Source: Octopus bimaculoides
Lineage: Eukaryota
Length of the DNA: 41,963 nt
Direction of reading: 5' to 3'
NCBI RefSeq assembly: GCF_001194135.2
Contig: NC_068982.1
Span: 159,802,753 to 159,844,715 of the forward strand
Each line of letters begins with the position of its first letter. Position 1 is the stretch's first letter. Made by a program: the position numbers and the translations under genes. Of the stretch, positions 21,080 through 34,170 are shown one piece after another. The notes below the pieces were generated by a model. It was not told the origin of the DNA, ran no database searches, and saw only the letters and a program-made list of their open reading frames with translations.

Positions 21080-24000
21080 TCAGCTATATAGACGAATCGT
21101 GACATTTTCTTCATCACTTACAGATTCAGGGTGGTGCTTGTACCATTTGTCAGCAGTTTTGATTTCATAATGCCGACACATTATCCAATGTAGGTATTGT
21201 CTTGATTTGTAGTCTACAGGTGCTATAACCCTACACCCAGAGATTAGTGGTCCACTGTTTCAATCATATCGTTGCTGTATCGGTGCCCTGAGCTCCATAG
21301 TCACAGATGGGTGTGCTTCTGGCCTACATCAGCTTGTTTGCTAAGGGCCACATATTTGCCATGCAGAGGTTTTGTACCCAACCATCTTGATTTTCGACGA
21401 GATTCAGGATTTATTCGTTAGATGTTTCAAGATATTTTGTTAGTCCAATTGTGATGGTTTTGTTAGAGATTTCAAGTTGGATCAAGCCTCTGCCTCCATG
21501 AGCTCTTAGTAGATAAAGACCGTTCTGTGTCTGCATTTGGGTGGTGCATCTTATTCCAAGTCAGCAGCTTATGGATTTTCTTGTCAATCTTCCTTACTTC
21601 GGATATATTCCAGTTCAACTCATTGAAACTGTAAATTACATACGGAAGTTCTAAGGAATTTATAGCTAAGACCTTGTTACGTGCATTTAACTCGCATTTT
21701 AGGACTTCTCGAAATCTCCTAACATTCTTTCCTGATCCTCTCTATCATGTCTGCATGCTGAATGCCAGAGCCCTTATTTATTCCGAGGTATTTGTAAGTT
21801 TGCTCCTCCTCGAGTTTTTTTATGACTGTGTCAACATCCAACACCATTGAGCGTGAGGTCTTCAATTTCCCTTTCTGGAAAGTGGCCTTGGGCACATTTA
21901 TCAAAAACAAATTCCATCCCGATGTCATCATTGAAAGCGTTTAGAATTCGTAGTAGTCCTTGAAGCGCATCATCGTCTTTGCCACAGAGTTTTAAATCAT
22001 TCATATAAAATAGATGACTTATTTTCTTGTCACCAATTTTATATCCATACCCTGTTCTGTTAAGTTCACTTCTAAGGGTTAATAATGCTATGCAAAAGGT
22101 GAAAATGAATCACTTTGGAAAATGCCGCAGTTGATACTAATATTTTTTTTCTGGTTAGTACTCCATTAGATTGGTATAATTAAAGACTGGTATTCCACAT
22201 TGACATGTGCTTCAGGACGTTAGATATCACAGGAGAAATTTTGAAGATATCTAGCGATTTCAAGATCTATGAATGCGATATGCTGTCAAAGGCCTTTTTA
22301 TCATCAGTCCATTCGGAACTGAGATTTTCTGCGTTTGTTATGACAGTTCTCAAGCATCATGCGATTTATCAAGAGTTGGTCTTTACATCCAAATGAACAT
22401 CATCGGCACTGTTTTTGCTCAGTGGGGAAAATATCGTTCTGTTTCATAAATTTGTATATTTTCTCTACGAAGATAGATGTTACAAATTTATACCTGGTAG
22501 ATAGACATGTTATGGGCCGATAGTTTTGGGGAATTTGGTTTCATTATTCTTCTGGAATAAGTAAGTAATACTGCTTGCTAACCAATCAGGTGTTTTTATA
22601 GGATCTCTCATAACTTCTTTCAATAACTGGACTAACTTTCCGTGTGCGCACGGGAGCGATGCGAACCAGAAATGTGACACTCTATCATTACCAGGAGGTT
22701 TCCACTGATGAGCCTTCGTGAGTGTCATCCTTACGTCTGCTATTGTGATGTCTTCCCATCCTTGTTCTGTTAAGTTTTGGTAGGATCCTTCTGTGTGTCT
22801 AATCCAGTCTGCATTTTCATTGTAAGTCTTTTCATCACTCCAGATATTTTTCCAAAAGTTTTCAACTTCTCCCATGGGAGGGGCTGGGGTCTCCAACGAT
22901 TATTTTCTTCTTCCAAGTTTCTCTGTAGAATGTTTTTGCATTGGATGTGAACATCTTATTTTGCTTTGCAAAACTTGTTTCTCTTCTCAGATCTTCGTAT
23001 TTGAGCTTTTGCTTGGACTTTTTGTTACAGTGTTTCTTCTCTTGATGATAATCTATGTCTTCGCTTCATCTTTCTTCCTTTTCTTGTTTTTTTATATCGT
23101 TTCCACAGATTGGTTCATTCAATATTGATATTTCACCTCTCATTAATTCAATGTATTTTTCAATTCTACTTTTCCAGTTTGGAATTATTCTCGGGTTTGT
23201 ATTTCTTTGCCTTTTCAGAGGCATTCAGCTAGCTTCCATTGACTTAGCAGCTGCGTAAATAATTTCGTTTAATTCAGTGAGATCTGGTTTTAATTCTTGT
23301 ATAATTTCTTTTGTTACATAGTTTCCAATTTTAATTTGTTTCCTATTTTGGATTGTACTTGAGAGTTTATGAAATGGTTCTCTATCATGCATAATGGTGT
23401 GCCTTACAACTGCAAGCCTATCCAGGATATTCTGCTTCAGTCCTGTCGTAGATTATGTTCTTCAGTAAATATGTAGTATTCAAATATTGTTTCTTCGCTA
23501 TATTTCCTCGCAGTCTTTATCATATTCATTACAATTTATTTCTTCAGACGTTTGCGTGTTCTGGTCAGGTGACAGTCTTTCAATTGAGACTCGTGGAGAG
23601 TTGCTCTCTTCGTCTGGTTCTTCATTTCTTTTCTGTCTTATATTTATATCATTTTCTGCTGCGAGCTTGATCATGGTTATTTCAGTTTCTGTGAGTCTTT
23701 TATTTCTGAAGATATCCCTCCTACCATTTTCTAACTTGCATTCATCCAAATGTAATCTGTTGTCTTGATTTCGTGTTCTCCCTATTTGGTTAGAATGCCC
23801 TGTGTATTTTTCCTCAGATGGCCCGCCTAATGCATAGTAATAGCTGTATATTACTTCTGTATACTCTTCTCACGTCCATTTGATTCTATTACATTTTTCT
23901 GTCTGTGGGGGTGGTGGTGGTGGAATTGGAGGACTTGATTTGGGGCAGTTTCCGTTCAAGTGACCCTCGAGGTACGTATTCAGAGAAGGGTTTGTGCCAG

Positions 24001-24414
24001 TGGATGATATTTCGATTCCAGGCTGGCTCTCTCCTGGAGAACGTGCTTCCAGATAAACCATAGGACAAGTCATTTGGTGTACTGTTGTAGTTTTCCTTTT
24101 TGTTTCATAAGATATATTAGTGCTACATCAAGATTATTAGTATTGAATCCTGTATTGTGGCAGGTGTAGAGATTGTTGCTTTCTCTGCCACTATTGTCAT
24201 CTCTGTCATTAGAACCGTTACAGATATTCTAACCTTGCCATTACAGCATTGTTCATCGTTAGTTTCCACAAATAGTGCTTTGATCTATATCGATGTGGCT
24301 AACCTTTGTAGACATGGCGACAGTATACCTATTATTTAGTTAAGTCTGCCATCTTTGCTCCTACTACTGTGTGGTATTATTAAATGTTGGTTAATTATTA
24401 GTATTAATAAGAGT

Positions 24415-24415
<1 letters not shown>
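21080..24415 (-). mobile_element. Long decayed Dong/R4-type non-LTR retrotransposon (5' end, N-terminus, RT, CCHC; RLE end missing)
   Basis: Minus strand: ..NRIKWT.EEYTEVIYSYY; VENFWKNIW; WKPPGNDRVSHFWF; PDWLASSITYLFQK; GYKIGDKKISHLFYMNDLKL; EQTYKYLGI; ELNARNKVLAIN; ETVDH.ISGC; KWYKHHPESV. Confidence 0.88.

Positions 24416-24417
<2 letters not shown>

Positions 24418-24492
<75 letters not shown>
24418..24492. repeat. (AAT)n microsatellite
   Basis: Direct reading. Confidence 0.97.
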
Positions 24493-24599
24493 CACTCGGC
24501 GAGAAATGGAAGAAAATTTGAAGAAGGAAGAAAAAACATATAATAATAATAATAATAAAAATAATAATAATAATGATAATAATAATAATAATGGTAATA

Positions 24600-25041
24600 G
24601 TAATGTTAACGGACAGGAAGGTATAAAATAATATGCCAGACAACTCGATTATTGATAAGGAAAAGCGTAGTTGCTTACCTATCGACGCATCATGCCTGTT
24701 TGATTCTAGGATCATTAGGCAAGTAGAAGAAAAAAGAAATAGAATCCCTTGAAATTTGAAATACAAAGAATTTGGAGCATGCGATCAGTAAAGGTCGTGC
24801 CTATAATAATTGGTGCGTTGGGAACAGTAAGTAAAGACAGACAAAGGGCTGAAGGTGATTGAAATGGAATGCCCTTTGGAGCTCCTGCAGAAAGGTTGTC
24901 TCTTAGGGACTGCAAGGATTATCAGTAGGGTTCTAAGCACTTGAAAGACTGCTGAAAGCTTGTGAATATATAAGGTTACAGGCAGTAACCTGCTGACCAC
25001 ATAATTCCTACCAGGAATAAGGACGAACCTGAACCAAACCA

Positions 25042-25075
<34 letters not shown>
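24600..25075 (+). mobile_element. 5'-truncated Dong/R4-type LINE (RLE domain + 3' UTR) embedded in (AAT)n
   Basis: PDNSIIDKEKRSCLPIDASCLFD (PD..D RLE motif), EIQRIWSMRSVKVVPIIIGALGTVSK; (AAT)n on both sides, consistent with the known (TAA)n targeting of Dong elements. Confidence 0.85.
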
Positions 25076-25311
25076 GATTATGGAGATTTGTCTGCATACT
25101 TTTTATTATTAATAATGATATATGCACCAGATAATTTTTTACCGTCCAGCGAAGCGTACTCGGAATTACCCATCAGAAGAATTCATGAAGTGATTTGCAG
25201 CAAATAGTAGTCACAGACATTATAAACTGATCGAAGTGATGATCAGTTAACTGGAACTTAACTGAGAGCAATTACGGTATCCACTTGGATACTATATCCC
25301 TCCAAACTCAT

Positions 25312-25344
<33 letters not shown>

Positions 25345-26849
25345 CATACATGCATACATACATACATACATACATACATACATACATACATACATACAAA
25401 CATACATACATACTTACATACATATGTGTGTGTACGCGTGTGCGTGTTCGTGTGTTTATGCTTATGTATGTGTTTCTTACAGATGTTTCTTTCTTTATTT
25501 TGTGCTGTGTTCTGTGTGCAAATGTGAATGGATACCACCGACTATGTATATCACTGCCAAGTTCTCGCTGAGTACATCTATAAAAACAGCATAATTATCG
25601 TCAGTTATATTGCACTAAAACCCGCAGCACTCGTACTGTCGAATCGAGAGTCATTATATATGCCATGAAAAATTACATGTATTTGTCATTTTAAGAATTC
25701 CTTGATAATTCCTTTGCTTCTTTCACTAAGCATCGGTAAAACTGAGATTTCCACTTCAATATACGAATACGCGACTGTAGAGTTTGTTTCTTTTTTCATT
25801 CGACTTACAAGGATGAGCAGCTAAACAATTTTCAAATCATGCCGTGCTGTATAGGAAGAGAAGGTTACTTATGTTATTAGTGTTTGATATAATGGCTGAA
25901 AGGAATATTGCATGCTCTGTAGGAGCGCTTTGATGTAGTCATAGGTATACTCAAGAACAAGAACATTTTGTCAATACTTCTTAGCATCTCTTTATCAAAC
26001 AATATTTACTCACCGTACTCGTCCTCACACTAGACTACTTCTACTGTTCCGGCAATATACCCCCAAAAGAGCTTTATGTGTCACAGAAACCCGGTACAGG
26101 CAGCAAATATAGTAACCTTCACGACTACATCGGCGCCACGACCATTATGATGATCGGTTCAACTTCATTTTCATTTTCATTCAGCTTGCCATAGAGTTCA
26201 CGATCCCCCATGTAAAACACTTCTTTGCATTTCGTGGATATCTGAGTGTATAGCACACTCCAGCATTTCAGCTCCTGTTACTTTAAGTTCTATATTATTT
26301 CATCTCAGCCTAACCACTTAAATCAAATTTTTGTTTACCACTAGCTTTAATTTTTCATAAGCCCTTCTATAAACATGTCTAGATACGCAATGACATCAAA
26401 TAGTTTGCTTCTTCACACAACATAATTAACCACACTTCGCAATATGTTGATGCAGACCGACATCTCCACAGTGAATTTCAACGTGTTTTCTCCGGTTGTA
26501 ACTCCTACATATACTACCACAAACCATTTCCTTTTACCCAAAATCTACTATCCTGTAGACTTACGGTTCCAACGTGCAGCTTTCCAGTACTTACATCTGG
26601 ATTTTGATATACTGCTTGAACTTTCTCAGTATTTTTTACAGATGCCATTGCAATCTACGAAAACTTTTCTTCTCCCACTATGCACCCAACCTAGATTTTT
26701 CATGTTTGTTATCATAACCTCTGTAAAACTTGTTTGTTCGTCAGGAACATCATCATCATATACACAGCTGTCACCTTCTCCTATGTCGCCTTTGTTTGAT
26801 GTTTGGAAGGAAAAATAAAATTTACTGTATAAAATGCCGACCTTTTTAT

Positions 26850-27213
26850 CTTAAGGTAGAATATTTTGGAAACCACTGAATAGACGTGTAGTTACGCTGG
26901 CACGTTTTCTTTTTCTTGTATGAATCAGTGATTCTTGTCCTTTCGAAAGAGCCAGTAACTCAGTACTTGGAATCAGTGTGAGATGTGTCCCTGCCACTAT
27001 TGTCAACTCCGTCATTAGTACCGTTACAGATATTCTAACATTGCCATTACAGCATTGTTCATCGTTAGTTGCCACCAATAGTGCTTTGATCTATATCGAT
27101 GTGGCTAACCTTTGTAGACATGGCGACAGTATACCCATTATCTAGTTAAGTCTGCCATCTTTGCTGCTACTACTGTGTGGTATTATTAATTAGTTATTAG
27201 TATTAATAATAGT

Positions 27214-27216
<3 letters not shown>
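26850..27216 (-). mobile_element. 5'-end-only fragment of the Dong/R4-type element
   Basis: ~26960-27190 closely matches ~24165-24380, and is likewise followed on + by (AAT)n (27217-27291). Confidence 0.8.

Positions 27217-27291
<75 letters not shown>
27217..27291. repeat. (AAT)n microsatellite
   Basis: Direct reading. Confidence 0.97.
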
Positions 27292-27292
<1 letters not shown>

Positions 27293-27449
27293 GAGGGTAA
27301 AACTTGATGCCTGTTCTGTATCAAATGTGTAGAGGCTACTTCGTTAGCACATATTTTTGTTGATGGATTGCGTCGACTTTTCATTTTTTAGATCGTATTA
27401 TATATCTATCTTTCTACCTGAGATTGTCCATCAACAACCCACACACATG

Positions 27450-27572
27450 NNNNNNNNNNNNNNNNNNNNNNNNNNNNNNNNNNNNNNNNNNNNNNNNNNN
27501 NNNNNNNNNNNNNNNNNNNNNNNNNNNNNNNNNNNNNNNNNNNNNNNNNNNNNNNNNNNNNNNNNNNNNNNN
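27450..27572. other. Assembly gap
   Basis: N run. Confidence 1.
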
Positions 27573-29317
27573 AAATATGCATATTCACAGGAAGCTCGTG
27601 GTTTTTGAGGAAAGACATAAACATGAAACAGAAGTGGGGAAAGAGAACGATCACCGGAATCAGTGGTTATTATGTTAAACAGAATAAAAATAATAAAAAG
27701 TGAAAATTGAAACATAATCTTGAATATTCGTTTACTCATTTTTCAAAGTTGTTTCCGGTTGAAAATATTTTCAAGGAAAATAGAAATAAAAAGAAGAGCA
27801 GTTTTCTTTCGGGACTAAGCGAAAAGTTAAATTTTCAATTTGAGATTTTGATTGACGGGGCTCATTAAAAAGTAGGAACAAGAGATATGATGAAAAATAA
27901 ACAAACGGAAAACGGGACCGTATTGTTAGGTTAATGTCGTTTCGCCACACACGTACACCTGTGGGACTGTGGGTGGACATGGTGTTCTATCAATTGATCT
28001 AATACAATAGCAAACTGATTCATCCACAATTTTAAATACGCATTAGAACACAAGTCACTCACTAGCTCAGCAAAAGGATTAAGAGGCTAGTCTCAAATTC
28101 ACCTATCAACATCTTGAAAAAGACAAAAGAGACGTTAGATATAACAACTTTGATATCGTAAGTTATTCATATATCTTAAGTCAATTACGCAAACACATCT
28201 TCAGTGATTGAAGCATATAGTTTTTGGTAATAGATAATTTAATTGCTATATTAAGGATAGGTAAGATAATCCACCAGCGTTTTGTAAGCACCTATCACGA
28301 ATCTCAAATCGGATTTTATATTGAAGTAATATGCCTAATTACCTTACATAAATAAATGAACTGAGTAATATTCTACACATACTCTTGTTTAACTGGAGCT
28401 AGAAGCGCGAGTTACCCTGGAATTAATGACATGAAGAATGTGTGATTTCCATTTTAATTGTCCTCCTTAACTTTTTAACTTGAAATATGAAATATCCATA
28501 GAATTTCAAAATGTTTGTTCAATATTCATTTTCGAAAACTACAATCTACACACCGTTCTAATTTTTTCATTTTATTCTTAGTGATAAATCTGCCACTGCG
28601 CACTTCCGTTGAAATACGTTTGTATTCGTTGTCAAATAAAGAATGAAAACCATTGTAACTGTCTAATTACTCTCGTTTGGATCCGTGATATCTTTCTTAA
28701 ACCTTCTGCTTATATACTCCTCAATAATCTAGATGTAACACTTGTTCATATACTACTTTATTTGTTTGAACACTCAAAATTGCAAACATGCCACGAATTA
28801 TATTATATATTATATGATAATATAAGATATTGTGTCGAGTAACAACTGTCAGTAGTAGTGTTGCAGTGCATTCTTAACAATGTATACTGTAAAATGAAAG
28901 GATAATGGTTGTAGATAATGTAGATCATATTCAGCATACAGACCGCGAAATGTAAGACGTAGATGTGGTCGACGTAGCTAAAACGCAATACAAATGCTTA
29001 CAGTCAGAATAAATGTCGATATCCAATGAACTTCGATCACTTTTGGAAACCTTATGTTTGTAATTTCCGATTCAATTAACAACTGTGAACTATGTTAATG
29101 CATACTTTGCAATAAACCTTTCACAATAAAAATCTGATAATGTATATATTGATAGAATTAGTTAAAAGCTCCCAAATAAGGTCAACTGTTACTTAACAGA
29201 CATTTCGATAGCAAAAAAATATATAGATACACATTTCATATCATAATGTTGAATTTTGATGACAGCTGAACATAGTGAAAAAGTGCAACCTGCATACAGC
29301 TTCTTTGATTCTCACTA

Positions 29318-29318
<1 letters not shown>

Positions 29319-29390
<72 letters not shown>
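29319..29390. repeat. (CT)n microsatellite
   Basis: Direct reading. Confidence 0.97.
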
Positions 29391-29393
<3 letters not shown>

Positions 29394-29909
29394 TATAAGA
29401 TTGACATTATGTAAATATTTCAGTTTCAGCTTTATTTCATTCTAACTCATGCAAGCCCATTTTATGAATACAGTGCTAATGATATGATCGTATAATTCAA
29501 GTTTTATTATTCATATTTACATAATTATGTCCTTCCTATTTGATATAAGGATTTTGTTCTCTGTTTCACACTCCCAAATATATCATTCTCTCTGTTCATC
29601 CACAAGTGTGTATGTCTGTGTGTATGCGTGCGTGCGTGTGTATGTCCATATCTGTCGCTATATCTGTGTTTTTGTTTCTGTACCTTAATGTATTCATCAA
29701 TTTTGGTTTTTTTTTTGCCTTCTCTTAATCTCTTCCCTCTTCCTTTAACACACAAATATATGTACATATGTATACAGTGTGTGTATATATAAATATAAAT
29801 ACACGCGCACAAACACACACACATACAAATTACTATATCTATGATAGATCGTTGACCACTACATTTATATTTTTTCTCCTTGTTACTGTCCTTATTTCTT
29901 TCAGTGTTC

Positions 29910-29944
29910 CTTTCAGTTGAAGCGCGTAGCTCGAAACGTCAAAG
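29910..29944 (+). ncRNA. Degenerate minimal type I hammerhead motif in a probable Penelope pLTR fragment (~29880-30040)
   Basis: CTTT-CAGTTGA-A-GCGC(GTA)GCTC-GAAACGTC-AAAG: stem I CTTT/AAAG, palindromic ACGT stem III, GUC triplet; core box has two substitutions versus CUGAUGA. Confidence 0.45.
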
Positions 29945-30162
29945 ACTTTCTCTATTCCCGAGCGTTAAACTAATACATCCATTTGGTGTTTACACCACCT
30001 GTCTTCGTCCGTTGTTTTTTCGTAAATTCTCCCATATATATATATATATATATCCATTTTCCTCTATATGTGTGTGTGTGTGTGTGTGTGTTTGTATGTG
30101 ATGCGTGTGTATATGGATATGTATCTATATATACATATATAAACATATAATATTTATATATG

Positions 30163-30193
<31 letters not shown>

Positions 30194-30216
30194 GTATATA
30201 TATATATATATATATA

Positions 30217-31158
30217 NNNNNNNNNNNNNNNNNNNNNNNNNNNNNNNNNNNNNNNNNNNNNNNNNNNNNNNNNNNNNNNNNNNNNNNNNNNNNNNNNNNN
30301 NNNNNNNNNNNNNNNNNNNNNNNNNNNNNNNNNNNNNNNNNNNNNNNNNNNNNNNNNNNNNNNNNNNNNNNNNNNNNNNNNNNNNNNNNNNNNNNNNNNN
30401 NNNNNNNNNNNNNNNNNNNNNNNNNNNNNNNNNNNNNNNNNNNNNNNNNNNNNNNNNNNNNNNNNNNNNNNNNNNNNNNNNNNNNNNNNNNNNNNNNNNN
30501 NNNNNNNNNNNNNNNNNNNNNNNNNNNNNNNNNNNNNNNNNNNNNNNNNNNNNNNNNNNNNNNNNNNNNNNNNNNNNNNNNNNNNNNNNNNNNNNNNNNN
30601 NNNNNNNNNNNNNNNNNNNNNNNNNNNNNNNNNNNNNNNNNNNNNNNNNNNNNNNNNNNNNNNNNNNNNNNNNNNNNNNNNNNNNNNNNNNNNNNNNNNN
30701 NNNNNNNNNNNNNNNNNNNNNNNNNNNNNNNNNNNNNNNNNNNNNNNNNNNNNNNNNNNNNNNNNNNNNNNNNNNNNNNNNNNNNNNNNNNNNNNNNNNN
30801 NNNNNNNNNNNNNNNNNNNNNNNNNNNNNNNNNNNNNNNNNNNNNNNNNNNNNNNNNNNNNNNNNNNNNNNNNNNNNNNNNNNNNNNNNNNNNNNNNNNN
30901 NNNNNNNNNNNNNNNNNNNNNNNNNNNNNNNNNNNNNNNNNNNNNNNNNNNNNNNNNNNNNNNNNNNNNNNNNNNNNNNNNNNNNNNNNNNNNNNNNNNN
31001 NNNNNNNNNNNNNNNNNNNNNNNNNNNNNNNNNNNNNNNNNNNNNNNNNNNNNNNNNNNNNNNNNNNNNNNNNNNNNNNNNNNNNNNNNNNNNNNNNNNN
31101 NNNNNNNNNNNNNNNNNNNNNNNNNNNNNNNNNNNNNNNNNNNNNNNNNNNNNNNNNN
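30217..31158. other. Assembly gap flanked by (TA)n
   Basis: N run. Confidence 1.
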
Positions 31159-31205
<47 letters not shown>

Positions 31206-31867
31206 TAGATATAGATATAGATATAGATATAGATATAGATATATAGATATATATGTATGCATCCACTCCTTTGTGGATTGGTGTATATTAGCATATTAAC
31301 ATTCATTTTTCATTTCTATTTAGATTCATTTTTATCTATGATCATATTATCATATTTCTCTCTAAAATATTACCAAATCTTTTAATTAACATTCATCTCA
31401 CTTCCTCAGAATGTGTTCAGACATTTTTGAAAGTTTCAAACCGCATTCATTCACTTTCTTTGTAATTTAACATATTGTTTTCAGTTAAAGTAATGCCGTA
31501 GGGAAATTTGGATTTTAAAAGGTACAAAAACTGTGTATTTCCTTTAAAGTAAACGAAGAATAGATCACAAACGAGAACATAATACAGATTATTATATCTG
31601 AACAGTACTTCCATTAACGAAAGTACCATAATAAGCAAGCGCTAACGAGAGACGTTTGAAAGTAGGTGTAAATTCTGATAAGTCAGATGAAATTTAGTGG
31701 CCTACTTAAAATGTCTAATGGCAAAACTGAAACTGCATTATCGTGTAGTTGGGTTACTTCAATATATAGATAACACATTTATATTTAAAATAGCAAAAAT
31801 TTAAGTATGAAGTTGTATTTCTCATTTGAAAGATAGCGTATAGGCCCCTTCCATTGAAAATATTGAA

Positions 31868-32242
31868 TTTTTTTATTCTTTTACCTGCTTCAGTCATTTC
31901 ACTGCGGCCATGGGGGTTTTAGTCGAACAAACCAACCTCAGGAGGACTTATTTGTAAAGCCTAGTACTTATTCTATCCTTCTCTGTTGCTGGACCGCTAA
32001 GTTATGAGATACCTAGACACACTAACACTGGTTGTTAAGCGATTATGGGGTGCAATCACACACATATAGATATATACACAACGGACCTCAATTGGTTTCC
32101 ACCTACCAAATCCACTCACAAGGCTTTGGCCGGTCCATGGATATAGCAGAAGACAGTTGCCCAAGGTGCCACGCAGTGTAGCTGAATCTAGAACCATGTG
32201 TTTAGAAAGCAAGCTTCTTACCTCACGGCCACCCCTGCGCCT
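31868..32242 (-). mobile_element. tRNA-derived SINE, diverged minus-strand copy
   Basis: Reverse complement aligns with 5111-5568 (head AGGCGCAGGGGTGGCCGTGAGGTAAGAAGCTTG, CACTGCGTGGCACCTTGGGCAA, tail AATGACTGAAGCAGGTAAAAGAATAAA). Confidence 0.85.
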
Positions 32243-33541
32243 GAATACCTATTATTTATGTTTTGAATTTTTTCGTATGCTACAGTAGTGAACGTCGAAG
32301 GTCTCAGGAAATACGCTTTGAAATCAATTCTCAATCACTTTCAGACAGTAAACCATAAATTTCACCTTCTGTTGACTTCATTTTTCATTAAATTAAGTTT
32401 CATATCGATATAGAAATGTTTGTTCCATTTCTTTGTGTAATGAGGACTTTTTCTATATCATGTGAGACTGTGAAGTTTAATCACATATACTTGAAATATG
32501 TATACATTAAACAAAATGTAAATAAGAGAAATAATTCATAGGCGCCAGTGGTGTCTATATGAACAACATTGAGAAAATACACGAACATTAAATAATATAC
32601 AGCATAAATTATCCATATATCGAAATTGTTTCCTCCCTTACAGGATGTCACACTTAACAAGTAATTTGGAGACCAGCTCCATGCTAGATTCGGAAGTGAT
32701 CAGAAGATTGAAGAGTTTTCCATTAAGCAAAAGTAAAAGCCTTTTTCTCTGGTAATGAAGCCTGTTGAGGTCTCATCTCATGACAATTACCTGGCCTTAT
32801 TGCCAGTAAACACCGGACTTAGACGTGTACGAAAAGGAATAGAACTTCTTTATATCCTAGAGGATTCGTCACAAAATTCCTTTAATGGACACCAGCATAA
32901 CATTCAAAACATAGACAGTAGTGTACGCATTATCAATGTAGAAATTTTACTTTCAGAAATAAACTAGTACTTCCTTTTTTGATTCTGTTTATTGTGTACC
33001 TTTAAGTTTATATGAAATTTAACTCGATCGTAAAATATATATCTTAAAATAATCTAAAAGTATAAATATGATGTAGGTTTGTAGTAATTGTTTATGATAT
33101 ATACACTGTAGCAAACAATTTCTATGAATATGCAATTTTAATATTGAGAAAAGAATATCTTTAAATGTAACTAGTTAACACGTAATAATTCTAGCACACT
33201 TTGTTTTTCAAATTAGGTGGAATTACAAAGCATAGGCATAATTTTCAACAATGATTATGCGCGTAAGATGGTGATATGTATTAGTATTTGTGCAAAAATC
33301 TATATGAGCACAAATTATTTTAACACAAATTCTAACATTTCCCAGCATTTTACTGTTCTTCATTCACTCTCCTTCTATGAGTGTGTATGTAGTATGTATG
33401 CGTACGCGTCTGTTTGCATGCACTTAACCTAATTATTTACTTGTTTGCGGTCACAACGGGATTGTTGATTTGGTAACAAGAATCGACAGTAAAACGTGTA
33501 AAGTGTATCTGAGTATATGGCTGTATGAAAATATATGAATA

Positions 33542-33672
33542 CAGCAATAATTCACTTTACGAGAACCCACTTTACGAGACCCTGTGTTTACGAGTTTTAT
33601 TGTTTGTTTACGAGGTTTCGCTTTACGAGTGTTCTCCAAGAACGAATTAACTTGTATATCGAAGCATTACTG
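33542..33672. mobile_element. Small Tc1/mariner-superfamily (Tigger/pogo-like) MITE
   Basis: TA|CAGCAATAATTCACTTTACGAG ... CTTGTATATCGAAGCATTACTG|TA degenerate TIRs with TA duplication; five internal TTTACGAG repeats. Confidence 0.6.
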
Positions 33673-34170
33673 TATATACTGCGATACCTAAATATGTTTC
33701 GCCCAGATTTGGCTCTGGTTATTACGATCTTAATAGAATAACCTGGAAAAGACAGACATATGTTGGGTATCATAGCCTATTCGAGTAAATAAATCATTGT
33801 TCGCAGAGATATATCTGGGCAGAGATGGCTTATCTGGAATTTCTAGAAGATATTTATCTACGAACAATTTGAATGCCACGTGCATTTTTGCTTCTTTTCT
33901 CTACGTTGGCATATTAATGAGACCTATTTCATTAGTTGAAGTGAAATAGTTTTGTCTTGTAATGTGACGCGAACATGATTTCTTTCATACGTCGGATTCC
34001 ACAGAAAATAATAGTTGGCTGAATTTTAAAGGTCACACCAACATACTTGCGCAAGGTTTATCGCATATTTTCCACGTCATACCAATAATATGCCATTCAG
34101 AGTAGCGTTCAACGATATAAAACTGGAGAATTTGCAACCGATCTCCGACATTTACGTATATATATATATA

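Noticed and set aside
24280-24415. HDV-like ribozyme in the Dong-type 5' UTR (ATGGCAGAC...GTCGCCAT hairpin)
   Set aside because: A hairpin is present, but the nested P2/P3/P1.1 pseudoknot and J4/2 could not be assigned.
26440-26820. Minus-strand Cys/His-containing frames resembling a piggyBac C-terminal domain (..HCGDVGLH..)
   Set aside because: Too decayed; no DDD core, TIR or TTAA evidence seen.
33556-33629. CRISPR-like regularly spaced repeats
   Set aside because: 8-bp repeats with 7-12 bp spacers inside a eukaryotic MITE; wrong sizes and no cas genes.
33680-33730. GGCGAAACATAT motif on the minus strand (hammerhead 3' half)
   Set aside because: No CUGANGA box or stem I partner upstream.
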